The notes under the pieces were generated by a model, which searched no databases, was not told the origin of the DNA, and saw only the letters and a list, made by a program, of their open reading frames with translations. A DNA stretch of 64,000 bases from Pseudomonadota bacterium. Lineage in GTDB: Bacteria > Campylobacterota > Campylobacteria > Campylobacterales > Sulfurimonadaceae. Within the stretch, counting starts at the first letter, position 1. Every line of letters starts with the position of its first letter. A program made the position numbers and the translations under genes. The stretch lies in assembly GCA_043797085.1 (NCBI GenBank), contig JAZDQA010000013.1:128001-192000 (forward strand), in the 5' to 3' direction. Below, in pieces: positions 11,879 to 22,396 of this stretch.

Positions 11879-13791
11879 ATTTTCGATGCAATTGCTTCTG
11901 CAGTAAATCCAAAATGTTTAAAGAGTTGATCCGCCGGAGCACTTGCACCAAAACTCTCCATGGCAATCACCGTATCGGCAAATCGGTACCACTCTAATCC
12001 TCGGGCTGCTTCAATAGCTACTTTTTTTGTACCTGGTTTGATAATGGAATCAATGTAGCTTTGAGACTGTTCAAGTAGTAAATCAAAACATGGTACACTG
12101 ACAATATTCGCAATCAATCCACGCTCACGTAGTTCTTTTGCTGTCTCAATTGCAAGAGAAACTTCAGACCCAGAAGCCATTAATGTAACCGTTGCATTAG
12201 CCTCTTCGATAAGTAAATAGCCTCCATTTTCAACATCGCCCAAAGTAGGTGCTGATAATACAGGAAGGTTTTGGCGTGAACATACAAATGCACTTGGAGA
12301 ATTTTTCATCGTCAATGCTTTTTTCCATGATTTGACATTCTCTGCTCCATCGGCAGGACGGTAGACGTAAAAATTTGGTAATGCACGAAATTGACTCAAA
12401 TGTTCAATCGGCTGATGCGTAGGGCCATCTTCACCCACCCCAATACTGTCATGCGTCCAAATGAAAAACTGTTGAATTCCGGCAAGCGCTGCAATACGTG
12501 CAGAGGGTTTAAGATAATCGCTAAAGACAAAGAATGTCGCACTAAATGGAAGTATTGGGCCATACAATGCCATTGCATTCGTAATCGATGCCATTGCGTG
12601 TTCACGAATCCCAAAATGGATATTTTTCCCTTTTGGAAACTCGCCCATATTAGTGAGTTCTGTTTTATTTGACGGTGCTAAATCCGCCGAACCGCCTAAA
12701 AATCCTGGGATTGCTTTTGCAATAGCATTAAGGATAATCCCGTTTGTGTTGCGTGTAGCATCGGCTTTTTCAAATGTTGGCCACTGGATACGGCTAAAAT
12801 CAGGATTAAGAAGCTGTTCATACGCTTCATTTTGCTCCATCAACGGTAGCTCTTTAAGACGATGATTCCATTCTCGCTCTGCCAAGTCCCCTTTTTCAAT
12901 GCCGCATCGGAAACGCTCCAACACATCCGCATCTACCGCAAAAGTAGCTTCCGGATCAAATCCTGCTGCTGCCTTTGCTTCTTTGATAATATCATGCCCC
13001 AATGGTGCACCGTGAGCATGATGAGAACCCTCTAGTTTTCCTGCACCCTTTGCAATGAGAGTATTGGCAATAATCAAAACAGGACGTTCGATAAGTTTGG
13101 CTTGTGCAAAAGCACCGTCTATCTCATCAAAATTATGCCCATCTATCTCTAATACCGCCCAGTTTTGAGACTCGAAACGATCTCGAATATTTTCACTCAA
13201 ACTAAGCTCGGTTGAGCCCTCAATCGTAATACGATTGGAATCATAAATAAGAACCAAATTATCAAGCCCCATATGCCCTGCGATCGAACATGCTTCATAA
13301 CTGATCCCCTCTTCTAAATCGCCATCACCGCACAAGCAATAAACGGTATGGTCAATCATACTTGCAGTTTCAGAGTTTACTTTGTGCCCTACAAATTTAG
13401 ATGCCATTGAAAAACCTACGGCATTGGCAATCCCTTGCCCCAAAGGACCTGTGGTGATCTCAATTCCTGCCGTATGAGCATACTCAGGATGACCCGGAGT
13501 TTTAGAATGAAGTTGACGAAACTGTTTTAAATCCTCAATCTCTAAACCGTATCCCCATAGATGATTAAGGGAATAAATCAATCCCGTGCCATGTCCTCCA
13601 GAAAATACCAGACGGTCGCGGTTAAGCCATTTTGGATTACGTGGATTGTGCACCATGTATTCGGACAATACAACTGCAATATCTGCAAGCCCCATAGGTG
13701 CACCCGGATGACCGGAGTTTGCTTGTTGTACCATATCGGCTGCTAAAAATCGAATTGTATCTGCCATTTTTTGGCGCATTGCATTGCTCAT
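11875..13791 (-). CDS. tkt: Transketolase
   Basis: SGHPGAPMG, GDGDLEEG (TPP motif), GEDGPTHQPIEH. Confidence 0.97.
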   Translation of the reverse strand: MSNAMRQKMADTIRFLAADMVQQANSGHPGAPMGLADIAVVLSEYMVHNPRNPKWLNRDRLVFSGGHGTGLIYSLNHLWGYGLEIEDLKQFRQLHSKTPGHPEYAHTAGIEITTGPLGQGIANAVGFSMASKFVGHKVNSETASMIDHTVYCLCGDGDLEEGISYEACSIAGHMGLDNLVLIYDSNRITIEGSTELSLSENIRDRFESQNWAVLEIDGHNFDEIDGAFAQAKLIERPVLIIANTLIAKGAGKLEGSHHAHGAPLGHDIIKEAKAAAGFDPEATFAVDADVLERFRCGIEKGDLAEREWNHRLKELPLMEQNEAYEQLLNPDFSRIQWPTFEKADATRNTNGIILNAIAKAIPGFLGGSADLAPSNKTELTNMGEFPKGKNIHFGIREHAMASITNAMALYGPILPFSATFFVFSDYLKPSARIAALAGIQQFFIWTHDSIGVGEDGPTHQPIEHLSQFRALPNFYVYRPADGAENVKSWKKALTMKNSPSAFVCSRQNLPVLSAPTLGDVENGGYLLIEEANATVTLMASGSEVSLAIETAKELRERGLIANIVSVPCFDLLLEQSQSYIDSIIKPGTKKVAIEAARGLEWYRFADTVIAMESFGASAPADQLFKHFGFTAEAIASKI

Positions 13792-13794
13792 TAT

Positions 13795-14643
13795 TTATTC
13801 CTTATGTCGGTTAATGTAGTGGGTAAGTGTTGGTGACAATTCACGCTGTAAATTCTCATCAAAACTTTCCATTTGAAGCGTTAGTTTAGACGCTAACGCA
13901 TTGGCTTCTTCCATCGATTTTTTTAATCCTAAAAGAGTGACAAAACTATTTTTCGCTTCATCATTGTTAGTTGTTTTTCCGGCACTCATAGAGTCTTGAG
14001 TCACATCCAAAATATCATCTTGGATTTGAAATAACAAGCCTAAATCAATCCCAAAATCATAAAGCTCTTGTGCAATATCATCACGTCCTACAATAATCGC
14101 ACCCATTTTTAGCGATGCTGCGATGAGCTTACCCGTCTTATGAATATGGAGCATTTTGATTTGCTCCAAGCCAAGGGGAGTGTTTTCAAAGTAACAATCA
14201 ATCGCTTGACCCAAAACCATACCGTTCAATCCTCCGTTGTGAGAGAGTTCACGAATGAGTTTAACAATTACCTTATCACTTAAAGCAGCATTAGACAACA
14301 CTTCAAAAGCATAGGTATTGAGAGCATCACCTGCCAAAATAGCAGTCACCTCGCTGTAGGTTTTGTGGAGCGTTGGTACACCTCGACGTAAATCAGCATT
14401 ATCCATTGCAGGTAAATCATCATGGATAAGCGAATAGGTATGGAGAAGTTCGATGGCTAATGCCGGGGCATAAGCATTTTGAATTAAAAGAGGATTATAC
14501 GCTTGGACAACACCAAGTAGCAACGCTGGACGAAACCGTTTCCCGCCACCGGTAAGCATTTGATGAAGTGCAGCTTCGTAATTTGGATGAAAACTAGGAG
14601 CAATAGGCAAATGTGCCAATAAATACGCTTCAAACTGCTCCAT
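13795..14643 (-). CDS. ispA: Farnesyl/geranylgeranyl diphosphate synthase
   Basis: GGKRFRP, LIHDDLPAMD..RRG, FQIQDDILD. Confidence 0.92.
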   Translation of the reverse strand: MEQFEAYLLAHLPIAPSFHPNYEAALHQMLTGGGKRFRPALLLGVVQAYNPLLIQNAYAPALAIELLHTYSLIHDDLPAMDNADLRRGVPTLHKTYSEVTAILAGDALNTYAFEVLSNAALSDKVIVKLIRELSHNGGLNGMVLGQAIDCYFENTPLGLEQIKMLHIHKTGKLIAASLKMGAIIVGRDDIAQELYDFGIDLGLLFQIQDDILDVTQDSMSAGKTTNNDEAKNSFVTLLGLKKSMEEANALASKLTLQMESFDENLQRELSPTLTHYINRHKE

Positions 14644-14685
14644 ACATCCCCACTATTTTTTAGTGAAAGTTTAACATATTGAGGC

Positions 14686-15051
14686 TTATATCTTTTCGAT
14701 TATATCGGTAATCGCATTATCATCATCGACCAACACCACCGTTGGTTTATACGTTTCAAGCTCTTGATCATTATAAGTCGCATACGCAACAATAATAATC
14801 TTATCTCCCTTGTGAACCTTTCGTGCTGCTGCTCCATTGAGACAAACATCACGCGCTCCGCGCTCGCCGAGAATGATATAGGTTGAAAACCGCTCACCGT
14901 TATTAATATTAAGAATTTCTACTTTTTGCCCCACACGCATTTTTGAAGCTTCAAGAAGTTCTTCATCGATTGTAATCGAACCAACGTAATTAAGATTAGC
15001 GTCGGTCACCGTGGCACGATGGATTTTGCTGTAAAGCATCTCGATTAACAT
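14686..15051 (-). CDS. panD: Aspartate 1-decarboxylase
   Basis: [18 protein letters not shown] self-cleavage site; LNGAAAR. Confidence 0.97.
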   Translation of the reverse strand: MLIEMLYSKIHRATVTDANLNYVGSITIDEELLEASKMRVGQKVEILNINNGERFSTYIILGERGARDVCLNGAAARKVHKGDKIIIVAYATYNDQELETYKPTVVLVDDDNAITDIIEKI

Positions 15052-15054
15052 ATT

Positions 15055-15429
15055 TTAGCGCCCCATCTGTTTCATCATGGCTTCAGGACTGATTGCATCA
15101 TCCCATAATTCAGCAGGAATAACATACTCTTGCACGACTTCGCCACCAAGAATATGACGATCGATTATTTCATTGATTTTCTCTTTTGTAAGAGCGGAAT
15201 ACATTACATGACCTGGCTCTACAAGCATAATCGGACCTACATTACAACGATTCATACACGATGTACGAATAGGCTGTACCGTACCGATAATCCCTTTTTG
15301 CATCAAAGTCTGTGCCAGATGTTGAAACAAATCCTGTGTCTGTGGATTCACACAACTTGGTTTTGGCATCCCCGGAGGTGAGCTTTGTTCGCATTTAAAA
15401 ATATAAAACGCCGGTTGAGGAATACCCAT
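15055..15429 (-). CDS. Thioredoxin-like [2Fe-2S] ferredoxin
   Basis: IFKC...SC...TSCMNRCNVGP four-Cys pattern. Confidence 0.85.
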   Translation of the reverse strand: MGIPQPAFYIFKCEQSSPPGMPKPSCVNPQTQDLFQHLAQTLMQKGIIGTVQPIRTSCMNRCNVGPIMLVEPGHVMYSALTKEKINEIIDRHILGGEVVQEYVIPAELWDDAISPEAMMKQMGR

Positions 15430-15537
15430 CGTAACGCTCCTTCAAATAGTGTATGTGCAGTAATACCGCAAAATAATGGCGGTATTATAGCCAAATTGTA
15501 CAAGTGCATCGTTAGTTCCAGAAAACAATTTCTGAGT

Positions 15538-16833
15538 TTAAATCTCTTTTAACAACTCACGAGCTACTACACGATCATCAAACGGGAGATGTTGATCGTA
15601 AATAATCTGAGAGGTTTCATCCCCTTTACCCAAAATCAGGACCACTTCATCCCCTGATCTATCATGAAGAGCTTGCGCTATGGCGCTACGCCGATTCACA
15701 TTCACAAAGACTTTACTCTTATCGTCAATGCCCGCCAAGATTTCTTCTATGATAGTATCAGGATCTTCAAAACGGGGATTGTCACTCGTGACATACACTT
15801 TTTTAGCGTACATCGAAGCAACTCGCCCCATCATTGGACGCTTAGTACGGTCACGATCACCGCCCGCACCAAATACGACCAATACTTCTTTTTCTTTGAG
15901 GGCATTAAGGACTTGCTCCATCCCATCAGGAGTGTGTGCAAAATCGACAATAACCAAAGGCGACTCGCTCACCACCTCCATACGTCCGCTCACCCCTCCG
16001 AAATTTTCAACCACTTCGGTAATTTTTTCTAAAGAGTCACCGCTTAGCAAATGAACGGCCGCCATTGCAGCCGTAATGTTATAGAGATTAAAAAATCCAT
16101 GCAAGGACGTAGCAAATGTAACATGCTCTTCAAAATGTTTTAGGACACCACTTACCCCATTGTTGAGTGAATACGCCAATATTTTGTAGGTAGCAGGATT
16201 TTCAATACCGTAGGTAAAGGCATTTTTAAAGTTAAATTGCGCATGAGGTTCATCTTTATTAATCAGTTTTTTCGACTCATCGGTAAAAAAGAGATTTTTA
16301 ATACGGATATATTCTTCAATACTTTCATGATAATCTAAATGATCTTGGGTAATATTGGTGAGAATTTTCAAGTCAAAATGTATTCCGGCAATACGCTCTT
16401 GCTCAATCGCGTGTGAGCTCACTTCCATAATAAAATACTCACATCCGCTTTGAATGGCTTGGAGCATATGTCGATAAGTATTGAGCACCGTTGGAGTCGT
16501 AAGTGTTTTTCCCTCAGCACTCTCATCGTTCATAAAAAACCCGCGCGTCCCCTGCATGGCGCACTTATGTCCCAAATCAAGTAAAATTGAATAAATGGCA
16601 CTCGCCGTCGTGGTTTTACCGTTTGTCCCCGTAATCCCTACTACTTTGATCCGATTTAGACCAAAAAGGTTCCAACATTCATCAGGAGTTAAAATAGTAT
16701 GAGCCCCTCTGCTTTGTGCATCGGCTTTAAATTTTTCATTTTGTTTAGTTGCTAAAAACGCACATAACTCGTCACATTCCATTGAGTTTTCAGAAATATA
16801 ACGATAAGGCTGATTGGAAATCTCAATTTTCAA
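15538..16833 (-). CDS. murE: UDP-MurNAc-tripeptide synthetase (meso-DAP ligase)
   Basis: GITGTNGKTT, MEVSSH, DFAHTPDG, SDNPR (DAP specificity). Likely TTG start at 16833 after AAGGAG, not 16905. Confidence 0.96.
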   Translation of the reverse strand: MKIEISNQPYRYISENSMECDELCAFLATKQNEKFKADAQSRGAHTILTPDECWNLFGLNRIKVVGITGTNGKTTTASAIYSILLDLGHKCAMQGTRGFFMNDESAEGKTLTTPTVLNTYRHMLQAIQSGCEYFIMEVSSHAIEQERIAGIHFDLKILTNITQDHLDYHESIEEYIRIKNLFFTDESKKLINKDEPHAQFNFKNAFTYGIENPATYKILAYSLNNGVSGVLKHFEEHVTFATSLHGFFNLYNITAAMAAVHLLSGDSLEKITEVVENFGGVSGRMEVVSESPLVIVDFAHTPDGMEQVLNALKEKEVLVVFGAGGDRDRTKRPMMGRVASMYAKKVYVTSDNPRFEDPDTIIEEILAGIDDKSKVFVNVNRRSAIAQALHDRSGDEVVLILGKGDETSQIIYDQHLPFDDRVVARELLKEI

Positions 16834-17416
16834 TCTCATCTCCTTTTGCCAAACGACGAAGCAGATTGCGAAGCTGTGTATCATTAGGATAGACACCCAA
16901 TGCACTCTCTAAATAGCTTAATGCCATCTCTTTGTATCCATTATCAATCAAATTATCCAAGAAATCAACAAAGTCTTCTTTTTCGGTAATAATAACGCGT
17001 GTTGAAAACATAATATTTTCAAAAATACGCTTGAAGTCATTTTCATTAAGAACCAGTTCTTTAAATTCAGAGTACATAATACCATCAGCAAATTCTAACC
17101 GTTGCCCAAGTCCCTCACTAAACAATCCTGCTAATTGTTCCAGTGTTCCGTCCATAGTTTCAAGTATTTCAGAAATAACGACATCCGCTGACTCGGCATC
17201 TTCATTGCGTAAAATTGCATAATAATCAAACAGTGCTTCCGCACCACCCTCACCGCTCATTGCCATATCACACAAAATAGCCCCATTATACGCTTCTTTG
17301 GATAAAGGATCTTCACGCAGGACTAAAGAATAATCTCTCAGTGCATCACGGTACTGACCCGCCATAAAATGCTCATTAGCAAGAGTGAGGGTTTTGGAGT
17401 ATTTGTTTGTTTTCAT
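16823..17416 (-). CDS. Conserved hypothetical helical (TPR-like) protein
   Basis: 197-aa ORF with TPR-like N- and C-terminal segments, RBS GGAGG, overlaps the murE start. Confidence 0.75.
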   Translation of the reverse strand: MKTNKYSKTLTLANEHFMAGQYRDALRDYSLVLREDPLSKEAYNGAILCDMAMSGEGGAEALFDYYAILRNEDAESADVVISEILETMDGTLEQLAGLFSEGLGQRLEFADGIMYSEFKELVLNENDFKRIFENIMFSTRVIITEKEDFVDFLDNLIDNGYKEMALSYLESALGVYPNDTQLRNLLRRLAKGDEIEN

Positions 17417-17460
17417 AATATCCCTCCAGTATTTATAACTATATCGTCAAAAAGTAAAAA

Positions 17461-17736
17461 TTAAAGTGATTCAATTGAATCTTCCATCCCGAGCGGAACA
17501 TTTACAACGGTCAGCTCAGGATGTATATCCATACGAAGTTGACGCTCTACTCCGTATTTAAGAGTATTACCGCTGCTTCCGCATCCGACACATGCCCCCT
17601 GTAACTGTACATATACCGTTCCATTTTTAACATTTAAAAAAGCAATATCACCACCATCGAGCGCGAGTGAGGGACGTACTTTATCAATAACTTGACGCAC
17701 TGGTTGCATCAACTCTTCATCTGTGAAAGGAATCAT
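17461..17736 (-). CDS. NifU/NfuA C-terminal domain Fe-S carrier
   Basis: VRPSLALDGGD...LQGACVGC. Confidence 0.92.
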   Translation of the reverse strand: MIPFTDEELMQPVRQVIDKVRPSLALDGGDIAFLNVKNGTVYVQLQGACVGCGSSGNTLKYGVERQLRMDIHPELTVVNVPLGMEDSIESL

Positions 17737-17864
17737 ATTATTTACCCTTTTTTTTACTGCGAATTCATCATGACACTATAAGAAATTTGGACTAAACAAG
17801 GAGTAATGCAATGACGGTAATTTTTAGATGAAGTTCTTTTTAAGCGGTGGGGGTGTTGAACTCG

Positions 17865-18215
17865 TTAGACGAGTTCAATAGTTGCCATATGGGTAGCATC
17901 ACCACGACGAATACGAGTTTTAACGATACGAGTATATCCGCCGTTACGCTCTGTATATTTAGGAGCAACTTCGCCAAGAAGGTTTTTTGTTGCTTCTTTA
18001 TTTTGTAAAACAGCAAATATTGAGCGATGCGCATTTGCATCACCAACACGTGCAGTTGTAATTAATTTTTCAGCAAATGAACGTAATTCTTTTGCTTTAA
18101 TCAACGTTGTTTCAATTTTACCATGCTCAAACAATGAAATACTAAGATTGGTCAACAACGCTTCACGATGTGAGCTTGTTCGACCTAACTTACGGTATCC
18201 GTGGCGATGTCTCAT
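17865..18215 (-). CDS. rplQ: 50S ribosomal protein L17
   Basis: [25 protein letters not shown]. Confidence 0.98.
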   Translation of the reverse strand: MRHRHGYRKLGRTSSHREALLTNLSISLFEHGKIETTLIKAKELRSFAEKLITTARVGDANAHRSIFAVLQNKEATKNLLGEVAPKYTERNGGYTRIVKTRIRRGDATHMATIELV

Positions 18216-18310
18216 GAGATCTCCTACTTTATATTTTTATACGACAAAAGGATTGAATCCTTTTGCCTACGTTAACACTGGATTTACTTTAAGCGTAAAT
18301 CCAAGGCTAC

Positions 18311-19306
18311 TTATTCAGCTTCGATTTTCTTTTTGATTGCACTGACTAAATCATCTGCAAGCTCTTGTCCAACAGCATAACCGAATTCCGTAATTTTTTC
18401 TAAAATTTCTTCAAACGATTTTTTACCGAGATTTTTCACTTCTTTCAAATCATTTTGGCTCATCATAACGATTTCACCAATGTATTTGATATTTGAACGA
18501 TCCAAGCAGTTAAAGCTACGAGCGCTTAAACCAAGCTCTTCAATACGTGCACCCAAACGTTTAAGTTCAGGATGTTCGTCATTACGTTCAACGGTTGGAT
18601 TGGCTGATTTGATACTCACTTCACTGTTAAAAACAGCCATTTGAGCGTACATAACATCCAATGCATTTTTAAATGCATCCACCGGAGAGATTTGTCCATC
18701 GGTAACGATGTTGATAATTACTTTTTCAAAATTTGGATTATCTTCTACAAGAACATTGTCAATTGCGTAAGTCGCACGACGAACCGGTGTAAAATAAGCA
18801 TCCAATGCGATGTAACCATCACCTAACAATTCACGAATATCTTCACTTGCAGCATATCCGATACCTTGGAAAATTTTGATTGAAAAATTTAATGTTGCAT
18901 CTTCATTCAATGTTGCCAAAAATTCATTTGGAGTAACGATTTCAACATCGTCATTTTCCAAATCACTGCCGTGAATTTCGCAAGGGCCTGCAAAAGTGTA
19001 AGCAATCTCTTTTTCTTTAAGACCGTTTTTTAATTTAAAACGGATCCCTTTAAGGTTTATAATAAAATCTGAAATATCTTCAAGCATACCGCGCACAGAG
19101 TCAAACTCATGCTTAGCACCCTCAATTTTAATCCCGATTGGGGCAAACCCTACTGAGCTGCTTAACAAAAAGCGGCGAATCGGGTGAGCAATCGAAACCG
19201 CATATCCTGTTTCAAACGGATAGGCAATAATATTCGCTTCATTCGCGCTGATTTGTTCAACGACAAACTCTTTTGGTAGAAGCGGAGAAGTTTTAATTTT
19301 TTTCAT
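18311..19306 (-). CDS. rpoA: RNA polymerase subunit alpha
   Basis: PFETGYA...RRFLLSS, alpha-[19 protein letters not shown]. Confidence 0.98.
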   Translation of the reverse strand: MKKIKTSPLLPKEFVVEQISANEANIIAYPFETGYAVSIAHPIRRFLLSSSVGFAPIGIKIEGAKHEFDSVRGMLEDISDFIINLKGIRFKLKNGLKEKEIAYTFAGPCEIHGSDLENDDVEIVTPNEFLATLNEDATLNFSIKIFQGIGYAASEDIRELLGDGYIALDAYFTPVRRATYAIDNVLVEDNPNFEKVIINIVTDGQISPVDAFKNALDVMYAQMAVFNSEVSIKSANPTVERNDEHPELKRLGARIEELGLSARSFNCLDRSNIKYIGEIVMMSQNDLKEVKNLGKKSFEEILEKITEFGYAVGQELADDLVSAIKKKIEAE

Positions 19307-19329
19307 GCTGAGTGCCCTTTATTTAGTGA

Positions 19330-19956
19330 TTATTTCGAGTAAAGCTCAACGATTAGACGCTCTTCAACAGGAATAACAACCTCTTCACGCTCTGGAAGAC
19401 GTGTAAAGATACCAAATACTTTTGCTTGATCGATATCAACCCATCCAGCAAGACCGGTTTGGTTGGTAAGCTCCATCGCACGAACAACTTGGTTATTCTT
19501 TTTGCTTTTTTCGTTAATCTCAATTTTCTGTCCCGGTTTAACACGGTAAGAAGGGATATCAACACGCTTTCCGTCAACAAGTACGTGACAGTGATTTACC
19601 AATTGACGTGCAAAACGACGAGTCGTTGCAAAGCCCATACGGTAAACAACATTGTCAAGACGCTGCTCTAACAACATTACTAAGTTCGTACCTGTATTTC
19701 CTTGGCGACGCTTTGCTTCATCAAACAATGAACGCATTTGCTTTTCGCTCAAACCGTACATAAACTTCGCTTTTTGTTTTTCACGAAGTTGTGTACCGTA
19801 TTCAGAAATTTTTGTACGACGTTGACCATGTTGACCAGGTCCGTAAGGACGTTTGTCGAGAGCACTTTTACCTGCTAAGCGACGTTCGCCTTTTAGGCCA
19901 AGGCTTACACCGAATCTTCTTTCGATTTTTTCTACGGGTCCTCTATATCTTGCCAT
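19330..19956 (-). CDS. rpsD: 30S ribosomal protein S4
   Basis: [29 protein letters not shown]. Confidence 0.98.
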   Translation of the reverse strand: MARYRGPVEKIERRFGVSLGLKGERRLAGKSALDKRPYGPGQHGQRRTKISEYGTQLREKQKAKFMYGLSEKQMRSLFDEAKRRQGNTGTNLVMLLEQRLDNVVYRMGFATTRRFARQLVNHCHVLVDGKRVDIPSYRVKPGQKIEINEKSKKNNQVVRAMELTNQTGLAGWVDIDQAKVFGIFTRLPEREEVVIPVEERLIVELYSK

Positions 19957-19967
19957 ACCTTAGCTCC

Positions 19968-20360
19968 TTACACGCGTCGGCGCTTAGGCGCACGACAACC
20001 ATTGTGTGGTAGTGGAGTAACGTCTTTCATATAAGAAACACGTAAACCCTCGATAGCACCAACACTTTTAACTGCAGTTTCACGGCCAGAACCTGGACCT
20101 TGAACTTTAATTCCCACTTCTTTAATACCGTGGACCATTGCTTTACCCATCGCATCTTCTACTGCTTGTTGAGCAGCAAAAGGAGTCGATTTTTTAGATC
20201 CTTTGAACCCAAGAGCACCAGCTGAGCTCCATGCGATCATGTTACCCATCTCGTCCGTTACGGTTACAAGAGTATTATTGAATGATGCTAGGATATGCAC
20301 GATACCCTTAGCAATATTCTTTTTAATAACTTTTTTACGGGTTGCTTTTCTTTTTGCCAT
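19968..20360 (-). CDS. rpsK: 30S ribosomal protein S11
   Basis: [24 protein letters not shown]. Confidence 0.98.
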   Translation of the reverse strand: MAKRKATRKKVIKKNIAKGIVHILASFNNTLVTVTDEMGNMIAWSSAGALGFKGSKKSTPFAAQQAVEDAMGKAMVHGIKEVGIKVQGPGSGRETAVKSVGAIEGLRVSYMKDVTPLPHNGCRAPKRRRV

Positions 20361-20371
20361 ACGCTAATCCC

Positions 20372-20743
20372 TTATCTTGTGGCTGAGCCGACAGTTTTCT
20401 TCTTACCTTTGCGGGTACGAGCATTAGTTTTGGTTTTTTGACCACGGCATGGGAGACTTTTACGATGACGAAGACCACGGTAAGAACCGATGTCCATCAA
20501 CGCTTTAATATCCATAGCAACTTGCTTACGAAGGTCACCCTCTACGATGATGTTACTCGCACGAATCTCTTTAGCAAGAGTCGCCGCATCATCTTCGCTT
20601 AGCTCATATACACGCTTGTTATAATCAAGCCCAGTAGCATCTAAAATCTTACGTGATGTATGCAAACCAATACCATAGATATAAGTTAATGCATACTCTA
20701 GACGTTTTTTCTTAGGTAAGTCCACACCAGCAATACGTGCCAT
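20372..20743 (-). CDS. rpsM: 30S ribosomal protein S13
   Basis: [33 protein letters not shown]. Confidence 0.98.
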   Translation of the reverse strand: MARIAGVDLPKKKRLEYALTYIYGIGLHTSRKILDATGLDYNKRVYELSEDDAATLAKEIRASNIIVEGDLRKQVAMDIKALMDIGSYRGLRHRKSLPCRGQKTKTNARTRKGKKKTVGSATR

Positions 20744-20745
20744 GC

Positions 20746-20859
20746 TTATCCTTGTCTTTGTTTATGTTTTGGGGTTTTGCATATTACGCGAACAACCCCT
20801 TTGCGCTTGATGATTTTGCAATCGTCGCACATTTTCTTCACTGAAGAACGAACTTTCAT
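20746..20859 (-). CDS. rpmJ: 50S ribosomal protein L36 (37 aa)
   Basis: [37 protein letters not shown]; true start at 20859 with GGAG RBS. Confidence 0.97.
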   Translation of the reverse strand: MKVRSSVKKMCDDCKIIKRKGVVRVICKTPKHKQRQG

Positions 20860-20997
20860 TGTCAAGCTCCGATATTGTAATCCTTTGCCTCTCTCGTAGG
20901 TGCACATCATATACGCACCAATACTTGTAACTACGTCTACGCAGTTATAAATACTCAATGTTGCTTGTCCAAGAGGGCAAAGTGGACGCGTATTGTA
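20860..20997 (-). promoter_or_regulatory. Promoter (-10 TACAAT at 20992-20997) and structured 5' leader of the rpmJ-rpsMKD-rpoA-rplQ operon
   Basis: Long-range helix CTTTGCC...GGCAAAG enclosing two internal hairpins (see findings). Confidence 0.6.
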
Positions 20998-21039
20998 CAT
21001 AAGTTTACGTTAAAGTTTTATTAAGATGATAAGTGAATA

Positions 21040-21113
21040 TTTCTGCCTTGGAAAGGTAAGCTTTAGTAGTTCAAGCGACTAGCGGAACAAAAGGGATGTA
21101 TTCCTTTTGTGTT
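21040..21113 (-). repeat. Three-hairpin intergenic repeat, copy B (after hom)
   Basis: TCTGCCTTGGAAAGGTAAGCTTTAGTAGTTCAAGCGACTAGCGGA-ACAAAAGGGA tgta TTCCTTTTGT-GTT. Confidence 0.8.
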
Positions 21114-21136
21114 AGATCAAATGATACGGATTGTAT

Positions 21137-22396
21137 CTATACAATCCGTATCATATAAGGAGATTCAAGAACAGTTTCTAAAGATTCTAACTCTTTCATT
21201 AAAGAGCGAATATCACATTCTCGTGCTTCATGGGTTGAAATCAGTAAATGAGCGCATTCTTGTGCAAAAGGGCGCTGTATCATTGCTTCTATAGATATTG
21301 CATGATTGGCAAAGAGCTGAGTGATTTTTGCCAAAATTCCTGCTTTATCGGTAATACGAAGTCGTAAATAGTATTTCGAACGAATATCATCGGCACTTTT
21401 GAGACGCAATCCCTCTTCAAGCGGGTGATTAAATCCAAGCATTGGAGAGCGTTTACCTGAACGAACGATATCAATGATATTTGCTACCACTGCGCTTGCC
21501 GTTGCATTTCCACCGGCACCCGGACCATAATACAGTGTTTCTCCCACACGGTCACCGACAACGCTGATACCGTTCATAACACCATCAATCTTGGCAATCA
21601 TTGCCTCTTGCTTAACCAATGTAGCATGAACTCGCAGTTCTACTTCTGCTCCATCACGCTTGGCAATACCCAAAAGCTTGATGGTATATCCAAACTCTTT
21701 TGCAAAGGCAATATCCGCTTGAGTAATCCCCTCAATTCCCTCGATTAGTATCTCTTCAGGTTTGGCATCAATCCCATACGCAATGGAAGCTAAAATCAGA
21801 AGCTTATGAGCCGCATCAAATCCGCCGATGTCAAAAGTAGGATCTGCTTCTGCGTATCCCAAAGCCTGTGCTTCGGCCAAGACCACATCAAAAGCAACCC
21901 CCTCTTCCATCATTTTAGTCAGCATAAAGTTACACGTACCGTTCATAATCCCCATAATGGAAAGAATATGATTGGCAGAAAGACCATCACGCAAGGCGTT
22001 AATAATAGGAATTCCACCGGCAACACTCGCTTCAAATTCAAACGGCAAATCGCCGGCAATCTCTTGTAGTTCATATCGGTGATACGCGAGAAGCGCCTTG
22101 TTGGCTGTAACTATCGCTTTTTTACTCGCCAATGCACTTTTTAACAACTCAAACGGAAGCTCAACGCCTCCCATCAATTCAACAATAATATCAATCTCTG
22201 GATCATTGATAATCTCATACGGATCGGTGGTAATCGCGATACTTAAATCACTTACCTTACTGACATCTCGAACGGCACCGCTTTTAACGACAATGTCTTC
22301 ACCCGCACGTGCTGAAATAATGGCAGCATTTTCTTCTAAAATTTCAACAACGGCGCGTCCTACCGTCCCAACTCCTAATACACCAACACGAATCAC
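21137..22396 (-). CDS. hom: Homoserine dehydrogenase (with ACT domain)
   Basis: GVGTVG, VTANKAL, EASVAGGIP, NGTCNF, AEADPTFDIGGFDAAHK. Confidence 0.97.
   Translation of the reverse strand: MIRVGVLGVGTVGRAVVEILEENAAIISARAGEDIVVKSGAVRDVSKVSDLSIAITTDPYEIINDPEIDIIVELMGGVELPFELLKSALASKKAIVTANKALLAYHRYELQEIAGDLPFEFEASVAGGIPIINALRDGLSANHILSIMGIMNGTCNFMLTKMMEEGVAFDVVLAEAQALGYAEADPTFDIGGFDAAHKLLILASIAYGIDAKPEEILIEGIEGITQADIAFAKEFGYTIKLLGIAKRDGAEVELRVHATLVKQEAMIAKIDGVMNGISVVGDRVGETLYYGPGAGGNATASAVVANIIDIVRSGKRSPMLGFNHPLEEGLRLKSADDIRSKYYLRLRITDKAGILAKITQLFANHAISIEAMIQRPFAQECAHLLISTHEARECDIRSLMKELESLETVLESPYMIRIV

Noticed and set aside
17844..17864. GCGGTGGGGGTGTTGAACTCG resembling a reverse tRNA 3' fragment (att site)
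   Set aside because: Too short and degenerate; no integrase or matching direct repeat.
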